A DNA stretch of 64,000 bases from Pseudomonadota bacterium (GCA_049324415.1 JBMOOS010000030.1:205523-269522), one strand, 5' to 3'. Shown: positions 35,558 to 44,470, counted from the first letter of the stretch. Program-made: numbers and translations. The notes: a model not told the origin generated them from the sequence alone.

Positions 35558-38140
35558 ATGAGCCAGGGGGCCAAGGCACGATTGAAGCATGCGGCGCGGG
35601 GCATGACCGCGCTAGTGGTCCACCCCGAACGGATGGATCCATCCGTTCGGGAAAAGTGGACCACTAAGTTATTGAATCTGTGGTGCGATTTCTCCAACAG
35701 ATGGAAACCATCCGTTGGAATCGCACCACTAGTGGTCCACCCCGAACGGATGGATCCATCCGTTCGGGAAAAGTGGACCACTAAGTTATTGAATCTGTGG
35801 TGCGGTTTCTCCAACAGATGGAAACCATCCGTTGGAATCGCACCACTAGCCGTGGTGATGGCGGCGGCGCCCATGGCCGCGGCACAGGAAACGGCGTCAA
35901 TCGAGGAAATCGTGGTGACGGCGCAAAACCGGGCCCAGTCGATCCAGGACGTGCCCATCGCCATCACCGCCTATGACGAAGATTTCATCCGCCGCACCAA
36001 GCTCGATGACGTCAAGGACGTGATCGATTTCACCCCCGGCTTTTCCGGCAAGTCGAAGGACAGCTTTGTCGACCAGTTCGCGGTGCGCGGCATTTCCACC
36101 AATGATTTCGGGGTTGGCGGCGACCCTTCGATCGGCATTTTCAAGGACGGCGTCTATCAGGGGCGCACCGGCGCCGCGATCACCAGCTTTTTCGATATCG
36201 AGCGCACCGAGGCCTTGCGCGGCCCCCAGGGTTTCTTGTTCGGCCGCAACGCGATTTCCGGCGCCATCAGCGTCATCACCAACAAGCCCAACCCCGACAA
36301 GGTCGAGGGCACGGTGCATATCGGCGGCGGCGAGCGTGGCTTGATCGAGGGCGACGCCGCCGTCAACCTGCCGCTCGGCAGCCAGTGGGCGGTGCGGGCG
36401 GCGGGCTATTTCTACCGCGAGAACGGCTATGTGGACAATGCCTTCAACCTCACCGATCCCGACCTTTTGAGCGCGCGCAAATATGCCGGGCGCCTGTCCT
36501 TGGGCTATCGCGGCGACCGGCTTTCGGCGCTCTTCGTCGTAGAATATGAACGGCGCTATCAGTCGGGAAGCATCTATCGCGCGCTGCCAGACGATGAATC
36601 GCTCGCCTTTTTCGGGGCGACCATGCGGGGCGATGGGCGCGACGCCGACAGCGACCTGCGCACGGGCGACAAGGACGACGGCGATATCTTGTCCTTCACC
36701 GCGCAATTGGATTGGGATTTGGACTGGGCGACTCTCACCTCGCTCACCGGCGTGCGCACCCATGACTATAGCTACGCCGAGGATTTCGACGGCTCGCCGC
36801 TCCAGATCAACAATTATTTCCAGGACCAGAGCGGCGACTATTACAGCCAGGAATTCCGTCTCGTGTCCAATGGCGAGGGGCCCTTGAACTGGTTCGCCGG
36901 CGTCTCCGGCTATAAGGAAAATATCGACGCCTCCTTCGCCCAGCAGGGCAACGAGGACCTCATGTGCCTGGCTTTTCTCGAAGTCACCTGCGCCGAGGAA
37001 TATCCCGGCTTCACGCCGCGGCCGGAGGGTCTTTTCGAGACCAACGACGCGCGCGGCCGCTACAAGGGGTTCGCCGCCTTCGCCGACGTCACCTACGCGC
37101 TGACCGAGCGTTTCGAAATCAACGCCGGCGTGCGCTATACCTATGACGAAAAGACCTTTGGCTTGCGGATCAATGAAGTCACCAGCGAGCTCGGTCCCTT
37201 TTTCGTCTTCGGCTACATCACCGATGGCTTCGTCGAGGAAACGCGCAACTGGGACGATGTGACGCCGCGCTTCACCGCCCGCTACAAGCTGACCGACGAT
37301 TGGTCGCTTTGGGGGTCGGTCACGCGCGGCTACAAGGCGGGCGGCTTCGGCACTTTCTCCCTCGACCTGCCGACCCCCGAGCAGCTTGGCTTCACCCCGG
37401 AGGAGATCCAGGCCTGCATCGACGAGGAGCTGGGCATCTTCTGCGTCATCAACGAGGACGGCACGGTGCCCGCAGGCACGACGCCGTCCGCCTTCAACCC
37501 GGAAAAGGTGTGGTCCTATGAAGCCGGCGCCAAGGGCTATCTCGCCGACCGCCGGGTGCAGCTCGACGTCAACGCCTTTTATTACCGCTATCGCGACTTG
37601 CAGATCACCTATTTCGACGACGTCCTCCTCAACACGCTGGTGGAAAATGTCGGCAGGGTGAAGGGCTATGGCCTTGAAGGCACGTTGCGCGCCCAGCCGA
37701 CCGAAAACTGGGACTTTTTGGCCGGCGCCTCCTGGATCGACACCAAGGTCGCCAACGTGCCGGACAGGATTTGCGAGGCGTGCGACGGCAACCGCCTCAA
37801 CCGCCAGCCCAAATGGGTGCTTTCCGGCCTCATCGCCTATCATCATCCGCTGGGCGAGGGCGAGGTGACGCTGCAAGGCGAGGCGCGCTATCAAAGCCGC
37901 TTCTTCGGCAGTCTGGACAACGAGCGGCGGATCTCGGTCGCGCCTTATGCCGATGTCGGCTTTCGCGTCGGCTACCGCTCGCCCGCGGGGTGGGAGCTCG
38001 CCGGCTATGTGGATAACGCCTTCAACAAGCTTTATTACGATGGCGTCAACGACAATGACTTGCCGATCCCCGACCATGTCTTCGGGCCGTCGCGTCCGCG
38101 CACCTTCGGCCTTGACTTCATCTGGTATTTCGGCCGCTAG
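35558..38140 (+). CDS. TonB-dependent receptor whose signal-peptide region is interrupted in frame by 2 x 117-bp palindromic elements
   Basis: ATG 35558 sits behind GGGGGAGAG. Plug motifs IEEIVVTAQNRAQSIQDVPIAITAY and ALRGPQGFLFGRNAISGAI, followed by a long beta-barrel region. Codons 19-96 are element-derived, and the TAG stop lies in the CTAG of another element. Functional status is uncertain. Confidence 0.8.
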   Translation: MSQGAKARLKHAARGMTALVVHPERMDPSVREKWTTKLLNLWCDFSNRWKPSVGIAPLVVHPERMDPSVREKWTTKLLNLWCGFSNRWKPSVGIAPLAVVMAAAPMAAAQETASIEEIVVTAQNRAQSIQDVPIAITAYDEDFIRRTKLDDVKDVIDFTPGFSGKSKDSFVDQFAVRGISTNDFGVGGDPSIGIFKDGVYQGRTGAAITSFFDIERTEALRGPQGFLFGRNAISGAISVITNKPNPDKVEGTVHIGGGERGLIEGDAAVNLPLGSQWAVRAAGYFYRENGYVDNAFNLTDPDLLSARKYAGRLSLGYRGDRLSALFVVEYERRYQSGSIYRALPDDESLAFFGATMRGDGRDADSDLRTGDKDDGDILSFTAQLDWDLDWATLTSLTGVRTHDYSYAEDFDGSPLQINNYFQDQSGDYYSQEFRLVSNGEGPLNWFAGVSGYKENIDASFAQQGNEDLMCLAFLEVTCAEEYPGFTPRPEGLFETNDARGRYKGFAAFADVTYALTERFEINAGVRYTYDEKTFGLRINEVTSELGPFFVFGYITDGFVEETRNWDDVTPRFTARYKLTDDWSLWGSVTRGYKAGGFGTFSLDLPTPEQLGFTPEEIQACIDEELGIFCVINEDGTVPAGTTPSAFNPEKVWSYEAGAKGYLADRRVQLDVNAFYYRYRDLQITYFDDVLLNTLVENVGRVKGYGLEGTLRAQPTENWDFLAGASWIDTKVANVPDRICEACDGNRLNRQPKWVLSGLIAYHHPLGEGEVTLQGEARYQSRFFGSLDNERRISVAPYADVGFRVGYRSPAGWELAGYVDNAFNKLYYDGVNDNDLPIPDHVFGPSRPRTFGLDFIWYFGR
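35612..35849. mobile_element. tandem pair of 117-bp composite palindromic (MITE-like) elements
   Basis: Units 35612-35728 and 35729-35845 differ at a single base (35688 A versus 35805 G). CTAG occurs at 35612, 35729 and 35846. Each unit contains hairpin A (with a perfect 28-bp palindrome CCCGAACGGATGGATCCATCCGTTCGGG) and hairpin B (GTGGTGCGATT...AATCGCACCAC). Confidence 0.9.
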
Positions 38141-38192
38141 TGGTCCACTTTTCCCAAACGGATGGATTTATCCGTTTGGGGCGGACCACTAG
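38137..38192. mobile_element. 56-bp palindromic MITE-like element (solo hairpin-A type, inverted orientation)
   Basis: Sequence CTAGTGGTCCACTTTTCCCAAACGGATGGATTTATCCGTTTGGGGCGGACCACTAG. It is bounded by CTAG on both sides and overlaps the receptor stop codon. Confidence 0.85.
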
Positions 38193-38223
38193 GGTCAGGA
38201 CCACTTAATTTCAGGGTGTCACG

Positions 38224-39966
38224 GTGATGTTGCGCCACATGTGGCGATGCTTGCTTGGCCTTGTCGCGCTGGCCGTCATGGCCGCTTGCGCCGCTCCGCC
38301 TCGCCCTGCCGACATGGTGTTCTGGGGCGGCGCGGTCCATGCCATGGACGCGGCCCGCACCGTGGCCGAGGCGGTGGCGATAAGGGACGGCGTCATCATT
38401 TACGTCGGTGCGCGCAAGGGGGCGGCGCTTCTCGTCGGCCCGGCGACGCGCATCGTCGACATGGCGGGCGGGGCGCTGTTTCCCGGCTTCACCGACGCCC
38501 ATGTCCACATGAGCGACGGCGGCGCGCAGCTCGCGATGCTGTCGCTGGGGCAAGCGACGACGCCGCAGCAGGTGCAGGCGCTGCTCGCCGCCTACGCCAA
38601 GGCGCATCCAATGCTCGACGTCATCGTCGGCGCTGGCTGGGAGCTTTCGATCTTTCCCAACGCCCATCCGTCGAAGGACCTCATCGATGCCGTGGTTCCC
38701 GACCGGCCGGTCGTCCTTTACGCCGCCGATGGGCATAACGCCTGGGTGAACAGCACGGCCCTCGCCCGCGCGGGCATCGACAAGGCGACACCCGATCCCG
38801 CCAACGGCCGGATCGAGCGCGAGGCGACCACTGGCGCGCCCACCGGCGTCTTGCGCGAGGCCGCGCAAGCGCTTCTCGCCCCGCTCATTCCGAAGCCCAG
38901 CCTTGATGAGCAGGTGGCATATCTGCGCCAGGGCATGGCCTATGAAAACGCTTATGGCTACACCGCGGCGATCGAGGCGTCGGTTCCCGCCGGCCTTATC
39001 GAGGAAGCTTATGCCGCGGCGGCGAAGGCGGGTGTTTTAAGCTTGCGCATCGCCCTCTCGCTAACCCCGGGCGAAGCGCTTCTCGACACGGCGGTGCGCC
39101 GCGAAACGATGGCGGCGGCCGTCGCCGCCCTTGCCGCCCGGCGCCAGGCGATCGCCGCCCAGGGCTTTGCCTATCTTACAGCGCCGGCAGTCAAGATCTT
39201 CGTCGATGGCGTCATGGAGAACCACACCGCCGCCTTGCTCGCCCCTTATATCGGCAGCATGCTGGGGATGGCGCATCGCGGCGACCTCATGATGCCGGAG
39301 GCCGTGCTCAAGGATTATGTGACGGCGCTCGACGCGGCGGGCTTTCAAGTGCATTTCCACGCCATCGGCGACCGCGCGGTGCGCGTCGCCCTCGATGCCG
39401 TGGAACAGGCGCGGATGGTGAATGACGGAGGGGCGCGCCGGCATCATCTTTCCCATCTGGAGCTTATCGACCCGGCTGACCTTCCCCGCTTTGCCGCCCT
39501 TGGCGCCTACGCCAATGTGCAAGCCTTGTGGGCCTATGCCGACGGCTATATCACCGACTTGACCGAGCCTTATCTCGGCCCGGCGCGCGCCCGCTGGCTT
39601 TATCCCATCGGCTCGCTGGAAAGGGCGGGGGCACGGCTGGCCATGGGCTCCGACTGGCCGGTCTCCAGCGCCAATCCCCTGGCCGCCATCGAGGTGGCGG
39701 TCAGGCGGCAAGACTGGCGTAAGGACGGCGATGACGCCTGGCATCCAGAGGAGCGGGCGAGCCTCGATGCGATGCTCGCCGCGCTCACCATCGGCGGCGC
39801 GCGGCTGATGGGCGAGGAAGCGCTGCGCGGCACCCTCGAAGCGGGCAAGGCCGCCGATCTCACCCTCCTCGACCGCGATCCCTACAAGGTCCGTGTGGAG
39901 GCGCTTTCCGAGATTGCCGCGCGCATGACCGTGCTCGCCGGCAAGCCGGTCTACGAGAGGCCGTGA
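38224..39966 (+). CDS. amidohydrolase-family metal-dependent hydrolase (Amidohydro_3/YtcJ-like), probable lipoprotein
   Basis: Lipoprotein-type N-terminus LLGLVALAVMAAC. Metal-ligand motifs FPGFTDAHVHM, HFHAIGD and GSDWPV. The start is GTG 38224 or ATG 38227. Confidence 0.8.
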   Translation: MMLRHMWRCLLGLVALAVMAACAAPPRPADMVFWGGAVHAMDAARTVAEAVAIRDGVIIYVGARKGAALLVGPATRIVDMAGGALFPGFTDAHVHMSDGGAQLAMLSLGQATTPQQVQALLAAYAKAHPMLDVIVGAGWELSIFPNAHPSKDLIDAVVPDRPVVLYAADGHNAWVNSTALARAGIDKATPDPANGRIEREATTGAPTGVLREAAQALLAPLIPKPSLDEQVAYLRQGMAYENAYGYTAAIEASVPAGLIEEAYAAAAKAGVLSLRIALSLTPGEALLDTAVRRETMAAAVAALAARRQAIAAQGFAYLTAPAVKIFVDGVMENHTAALLAPYIGSMLGMAHRGDLMMPEAVLKDYVTALDAAGFQVHFHAIGDRAVRVALDAVEQARMVNDGGARRHHLSHLELIDPADLPRFAALGAYANVQALWAYADGYITDLTEPYLGPARARWLYPIGSLERAGARLAMGSDWPVSSANPLAAIEVAVRRQDWRKDGDDAWHPEERASLDAMLAALTIGGARLMGEEALRGTLEAGKAADLTLLDRDPYKVRVEALSEIAARMTVLAGKPVYERP

Positions 39967-40009
39967 TGGCCATCCCCCAGTGACCTCACCGCCATCCTCA
40001 AACAGGCTC

Positions 40010-40783
40010 TTAAGCCGCCGCCTCTTGCCGGGCGATGATGTCGGCGAACAGGTTCTGGAACGCCGCCAGCGAGAAAAGATGGGCGTGGATGGCGGTCAAG
40101 GCGCCATTCTTGGCGAAAGTGGCAAGGGTCGCGTCGGGGAGGGCGGCGAGCTTTTTCTCGTCGATCATGCGGAACCCGTCATATTTGACCGGCTTGCCGT
40201 TGACGTTGAGGGAGACCTCGCCGCTGCGCAACAGGTTGTTCTCGTTAAGCAGCCGGCAAAACAGCCGGGTCTGCTGCGCCGACTCCTCGAAACGGCGGCA
40301 GAACTCGAGAGCCGACTTCAGATAGTCCGAAGGCTGATCGCCGGCGAACAAGGGCTCTCCCGCCTCCTTGTTCAAGCGTTTCGCGGTGTCGTCCATGCAC
40401 AAGCCGAATTCCTGGGAATTGGCGTCGCGCCGGGCAAGGATGAAGGGATAGCGGCGCAGGTAGCCGGGCACATAGCTGGCGCGCCGCCACTCGCCCTTGT
40501 CGTCGATGAAGAGATTTTCTCCCTCGCGCAGCCCCACCAGCACCATCGGATAGGCTTCTCCCTCGGGCGCGAAGAGGATGGGGAAATAGCGTTGGGCAAG
40601 GGAAAATTCCTCGACCAGGACGGGCAGGATATGGGTTGTCCTGGCAAAGGAAAAATCGGGCTTGGCCGCCAGCTTCAAAGCGCCGTGCTGGGCGGCGTTG
40701 ACCGGCACCACATTGCCGTAAAGGGGCGGCAAGCGCGGCGGTTGCTGGTCTTGCGGGCTGGGGCTTTGCTGGTCGCTGGTCAA
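40010..40783 (-). CDS. SapC family protein
   Basis: SapC-like sequence (PLYGNVVPVNAAQHGALKL...FSFARTTHILPVLVEEFSLAQRYFPILF). No suitable ATG is present. The proposed start is TTG 40783, 6 nt after GGAGAG; the ORF-track start at 40933 is the alternative. Confidence 0.65.
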   Translation of the reverse strand: MTSDQQSPSPQDQQPPRLPPLYGNVVPVNAAQHGALKLAAKPDFSFARTTHILPVLVEEFSLAQRYFPILFAPEGEAYPMVLVGLREGENLFIDDKGEWRRASYVPGYLRRYPFILARRDANSQEFGLCMDDTAKRLNKEAGEPLFAGDQPSDYLKSALEFCRRFEESAQQTRLFCRLLNENNLLRSGEVSLNVNGKPVKYDGFRMIDEKKLAALPDATLATFAKNGALTAIHAHLFSLAAFQNLFADIIARQEAAA

Positions 40784-40985
40784 GGCGGCTCTCCACTTAA
40801 TCCAAATACGGGAATTCGAGCATTTCCTAGCGGTCCCGGAGGCAGATGGCAATGGATCAATGGCGATGCGCCGGCAAATCCCCATCGCCTCTGGCAAAAA
40901 CCAGGGGAATGGGGTTAAGTCAAGACAAAGCAAGACAAGGTCCCTCAGCGGGACATGCGAGTGGAAAGGTCAAAGGAGCCGGAGC

Positions 40986-42410
40986 ATGCGCGACTATAAG
41001 AAATTCTATATCGATGGGGCCTGGGTCGATCCGCTGACACCGCGCACGCTCGACGTCATCAATCCCGCGACGGAAGAGGTGGCGGGGGTCATCGCCATGG
41101 GAACGGGCGCCGATGTCGACCGGGCGGTCGCTGCGGCCAAGGCTGCCTTCCCCGCCTTTTCCGAGACCAGCCGCGAACAAAGACTGGCGCTTCTGGAAAA
41201 AATCCTCGCCGCCTACAAGGCGCGCTATAGCGAGATCGCCAAGGCGATCACCGAGGAAATGGGAGCGCCGGCGGCGCTGGCGGAAAAAGCGCAGGCCGGC
41301 ACCGGGGTCGCGCATCTGATGGCCAATATCGCGGTCCTTAAGGACTATCCTTTCGAGGACATGCGCGGCAAGACGCTGATTCGCCGCGAGCCGGTGGGGG
41401 TATGCGGCTTCATCACCCCGTGGAACTGGCCGATCAACCAGATCGCCTGCAAGGTGGCGCCAGCGCTGGCCGCCGGCTGCACCATGGTGCTCAAGCCTTC
41501 GGAGATCGCGCCTTTTTCCGCGCAACTGTTCGCTGAAGTCCTAGACCAGGCCGGGGTGCCCAAGGGCGTCTTCAACATGGTCTATGGCGATGGCCCGACG
41601 GTGGGCGCGGCGATCGCCAGCCATCCAGGCATCGACATGGTGTCGTTCACGGGATCGGCCCGTGCCGGCGTCGCGGTGGCGCAAGCCGCCGCGCCCACCA
41701 TCAAGCGGGTGGCCCAGGAACTGGGCGGCAAGTCGCCCAACATCATCCTTGCCGACGCCGATCTCGCCAAGGCGGTGGCGAGCGGGGTGATGAACTGCTT
41801 TTCCAATTCCGGCCAGTCGTGCAATGCGCCGACCCGGATGCTGGTGCCCGCCGATCGCCATGACGAGGCGGCGCGGATCGCCAAGGAAACGGCGGAAAGG
41901 ATGGTGGTGGGCGATCCCAACGATCCGGCGACCAAGCTTGGCCCGGTGGTGAGCGAGGCGCAGTTCAACAAGATCCAGGACCTCATCGCAAAGGGCATGA
42001 GCGAGGGCGCGAGGCTGGTCGCCGGCGGCCCCGGCCGGCCACCGGGGCTCAACAAGGGCTATTATGTGCGCCCCACGGTGTTCGCCAATGTCTCGAACGA
42101 CATGACCATCGCCCGCGAGGAAATCTTCGGCCCGGTCCTTGCCATCCTTCCCTATGGCGACGAGGAGGAAGCCATAAGCATCGCCAACGATACCCCCTAT
42201 GGCCTTTCCAGCTATGTCCAGTCCGGCAGCCTCGACCATGCGTTGGCGGTGGCCCGCCGCATCCGCGCCGGCAATGTCCATGTCAATGGCGCCGGCGCTG
42301 ATTTCGCCGCCCCCTTTGGCGGCTATAAGCAGTCGGGCAACGGCCGCGAATGGGGCGAATTCGGCTTCGAGGAGTTTCTCGAGGTCAAGGCTGTCATGGG
42401 CGCCGCCTGA
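40986..42410 (+). CDS. NAD(P)-dependent aldehyde dehydrogenase
   Basis: ATG 40986 sits behind AAGGAG. ALDH motifs FTGS, ELGGKSP and the catalytic Cys region NSGQSCNAPTR. Confidence 0.9.
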   Translation: MRDYKKFYIDGAWVDPLTPRTLDVINPATEEVAGVIAMGTGADVDRAVAAAKAAFPAFSETSREQRLALLEKILAAYKARYSEIAKAITEEMGAPAALAEKAQAGTGVAHLMANIAVLKDYPFEDMRGKTLIRREPVGVCGFITPWNWPINQIACKVAPALAAGCTMVLKPSEIAPFSAQLFAEVLDQAGVPKGVFNMVYGDGPTVGAAIASHPGIDMVSFTGSARAGVAVAQAAAPTIKRVAQELGGKSPNIILADADLAKAVASGVMNCFSNSGQSCNAPTRMLVPADRHDEAARIAKETAERMVVGDPNDPATKLGPVVSEAQFNKIQDLIAKGMSEGARLVAGGPGRPPGLNKGYYVRPTVFANVSNDMTIAREEIFGPVLAILPYGDEEEAISIANDTPYGLSSYVQSGSLDHALAVARRIRAGNVHVNGAGADFAAPFGGYKQSGNGREWGEFGFEEFLEVKAVMGAA

Positions 42411-42418
42411 CCCGGCGC

Positions 42419-43636
42419 GTGGCAAGCCGCATTTGCATCGTCGGCGCCGGCCATGCCGGCGGGCTTGTCGCCGCGCAGCTGGCAAAGCGTGCGCCGGCGG
42501 CGCGCATAACCCTTGTCGGCGCCGAGCCGCATCTTCCCTATCAGCGCCCACCCTTATCGAAGGCTTATCTTGCCGGCGATTTGGCGCGCGAGCGGCTTTA
42601 TCTGCGCCCCCCTGCCTTTTATGAAAAAGCCGGCATCGCCCTCATCCTGGGGGTTGCCGCCCGCGCCATCGACCGGTCAGCGAAAACCGTTCGTCTCGAT
42701 GACGGGCGCGACCTTGGCTATGACAAGCTCGCGCTGGCGACCGGCGGCGCGGCGCGCCGGCTTGCCGTGCCTGGGGCCGACTTGCCTGGCGTCCACTATC
42801 TGCGGGACATCGCCGATGCCGATGCCTTGCGCCGGCGTTTGTGCCAGGGCGCAAGGCTCGTCGTCATCGGCGGGGGGTATGTCGGGCTCGAGGTGGCGGC
42901 AATGGCCCGCAAGCTGGGCCTTGAGGTCACGCTTGTCGAGCTGGCCGGGCGCCTGCTGGCCCGCGTCGCCCCCCCGGTGATAAGCGATTTTCTCGCCCGG
43001 CTGCATCGCGAGGAAGGCGTTGCCGTTTACCTCGGGGCGATGGTAAGCGCGCTCGAGGGGAAGGGCCGCGTAACCGCCGTGGCGCTCGATGACGGCCGCC
43101 ATCTGCCCGCCGACCTTGTGGTCGTCGGGGTTGGGCTTAGCCCCAACACCGCCCTTGCCGAAGCGGCCGGCCTTGCCTGCGAGGATGGCATCCTGGTGGA
43201 TGAATATGCGGTGACCAGCGACCCCGCCATCGTGGCGCTGGGCGACTGCGCCAACGCCTTCAACCTTTTCCTGGGCCGCAGGGCGCGCCTTGAATCGGTG
43301 CAGAACGCCACCGACATGGCGCCGGTGGCGGCGGCCAGCCTTGCCGGCGCGCCGCAGCCCCTGGCCGCGGTGCCGTGGTTCTGGTCGGAGCAATATGACG
43401 TGAAACTGCAAAGCGTTGGCCTTGCCCAAGGCTTTGACCAGATGGTTCTGCGCGGCGACCCTTTTAAGGGCCGTGGCTTTGCCGCCTTTTACCTTAAGGA
43501 AGGGCGCGTCATCGCCGCCGACTGCGTCAATCGGATGCAGGCCTTCATGGCCGCCAAGCGATTGGCGGGCGAAGGGCGGCCCGTCGATGCGGCCTGTCTT
43601 GGCGACGACGCCTTCGACCTTAAGCAACTCTTTTAG
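42419..43636 (+). CDS. FAD-dependent ferredoxin/rubredoxin-NAD(P)+ reductase (pyridine nucleotide-disulfide oxidoreductase family)
   Basis: Motifs ICIVGAGHAGG, VVIGGGYVGLEVAA and ALGDCA. The probable GTG start at 42419 lies just after the aldehyde dehydrogenase stop. Confidence 0.8.
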   Translation: MASRICIVGAGHAGGLVAAQLAKRAPAARITLVGAEPHLPYQRPPLSKAYLAGDLARERLYLRPPAFYEKAGIALILGVAARAIDRSAKTVRLDDGRDLGYDKLALATGGAARRLAVPGADLPGVHYLRDIADADALRRRLCQGARLVVIGGGYVGLEVAAMARKLGLEVTLVELAGRLLARVAPPVISDFLARLHREEGVAVYLGAMVSALEGKGRVTAVALDDGRHLPADLVVVGVGLSPNTALAEAAGLACEDGILVDEYAVTSDPAIVALGDCANAFNLFLGRRARLESVQNATDMAPVAAASLAGAPQPLAAVPWFWSEQYDVKLQSVGLAQGFDQMVLRGDPFKGRGFAAFYLKEGRVIAADCVNRMQAFMAAKRLAGEGRPVDAACLGDDAFDLKQLF

Positions 43637-43786
43637 ATCATTCGGTTGGGACAACGGGCTTTGAGGATCGAATAAACCATCTTATGAAGGCCCGTATCCT
43701 CTATGTTGGCATATCGCCAAGAAATGGTGCTGGGAACCCACGTTCCGTTGTTGAATTCAGGCGGTGACTTCGCTATCACCGGCGGC

Positions 43787-43879
43787 GGAGAGGTGGCCGA
43801 GTGGTCGAAGGCGGCGGTTTGCTAAACCGTTATAGGGGGATAACCCCTATCGAGGGTTCGAATCCCTTCCTCTCCGCCA
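43787..43879 (+). tRNA. tRNA-Ser (anticodon GCU)
   Basis: Manually folded. Acceptor stem GGAGAGG/CCTCTCC, anticodon stem-loop GCGGT-TTGCTAA-ACCGT, long variable arm TAGGGGGATAACCCCTA, T-arm GAGGGTTCGAATCCCTT, and an encoded CCA. Confidence 0.9.
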
Positions 43880-43886
43880 CCCTCAT

Positions 43887-44470
43887 TTATTTATTCTTTT
43901 TATTCAATGAGTTACTAGCATTTTTGTCTAGCCAGCTTATCAGGTTAGACACTTCCGCCGCTGTTTCGGCGCCGCCAAGAGCTGCCATGGACTTCGCCAC
44001 CAGTAGTTCCTGACTTGCAGCGGCCGTGTAGCACGCGGCCTCCTTACTGGTCTTGTGTCCAGTCACCGACATGATTTCCTTTTCGGTATAGCCGGCTTCG
44101 GCCATGCGCCGCGCCGCGGCCTTGCGCAGGCCGTGCGCGCTACACTGCGCCAGCCCGCGGCCTCGTTGCACCGCTCGCGCATCCAGTTGCCGAAGCCGTT
44201 GCCCGTGAAGGGCATGCCGAACGCTGTAACCAGAAAGGTCATGTTCTCCTTGGGCGTTGCCGCCAACACTTCGATGAGCTTGAGATGGATCGGAATGGCA
44301 AGACGGGTCTTGGTTTTATGCTGGCGCACCTTAATCGTATTGCCAGAAATATGCTGCCAGCCGATGGTGACCATGTCGCTGCGCCGTTGGCCGGTGTAGA
44401 GCATGAGAGCAAAAGCTTGGAAACGGGCACCGTCTGCCTTATCGCATATCCTTCTGTTCATTAGTGGCAT
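43887..44470 (-). pseudogene. tyrosine recombinase/phage integrase, N-terminally truncated and frameshifted
   Basis: ORF 44063..44470 encodes the R-box region (LMLYTGQRRSD...KTKTRLAIPIH...FGNWMRERCNEA). ORF 43887..44171, in another frame, continues with HGLRKAAARRMAEAGYTEKEIMSVTGHKTSKEAACYT, which holds the H-x-x-R and catalytic Tyr boxes. The frameshift is near 44150, and no N-terminal arm-binding domain is present. Confidence 0.8.

Noticed and set aside
35631-35644. GGATCC (BamHI) and GATC sites at the centre of the hairpin-A palindrome, considered as a possible restriction or methylation target motif.
   Set aside because: The site is a by-product of the perfect palindrome. Other family copies (14477, 38137) have GGATTT at the centre, so the site is not conserved.
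35413-35967. 184-aa minus-strand ORF reading through both 117-bp repeats (a duplicated GAIPTDGFHLLEK...VVHFSRTDGSIRSGWTT).
   Set aside because: It exists only because the palindromic elements lack stops in this frame. It has no start context, and its ends run antisense into the receptor gene at one end and through the puuR-receptor intergenic region at the other. It is noted only as evidence that the element is open in more than one frame.
35897-38077. 726-aa ORF on the minus strand, antisense to the TonB-dependent receptor. Similar long antisense ORFs include 626..1441, 1765..2967, 6736..7866, 8570..9550, 16044..17540, 19368..20423, 23208..24422, 25772..26995, 29709..31085, 31283..32332, 41541..42551, 42677..43654, 54718..55875, 55969..57474, 57237..58295, 60243..61448 and 61850..62836.
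   Set aside because: These are shadow ORFs typical of high-GC DNA. Their translations are Arg/Gly/Ala/Pro-rich low-complexity sequence with no recognisable motifs. In every case the opposite strand encodes a protein with clear family signatures.
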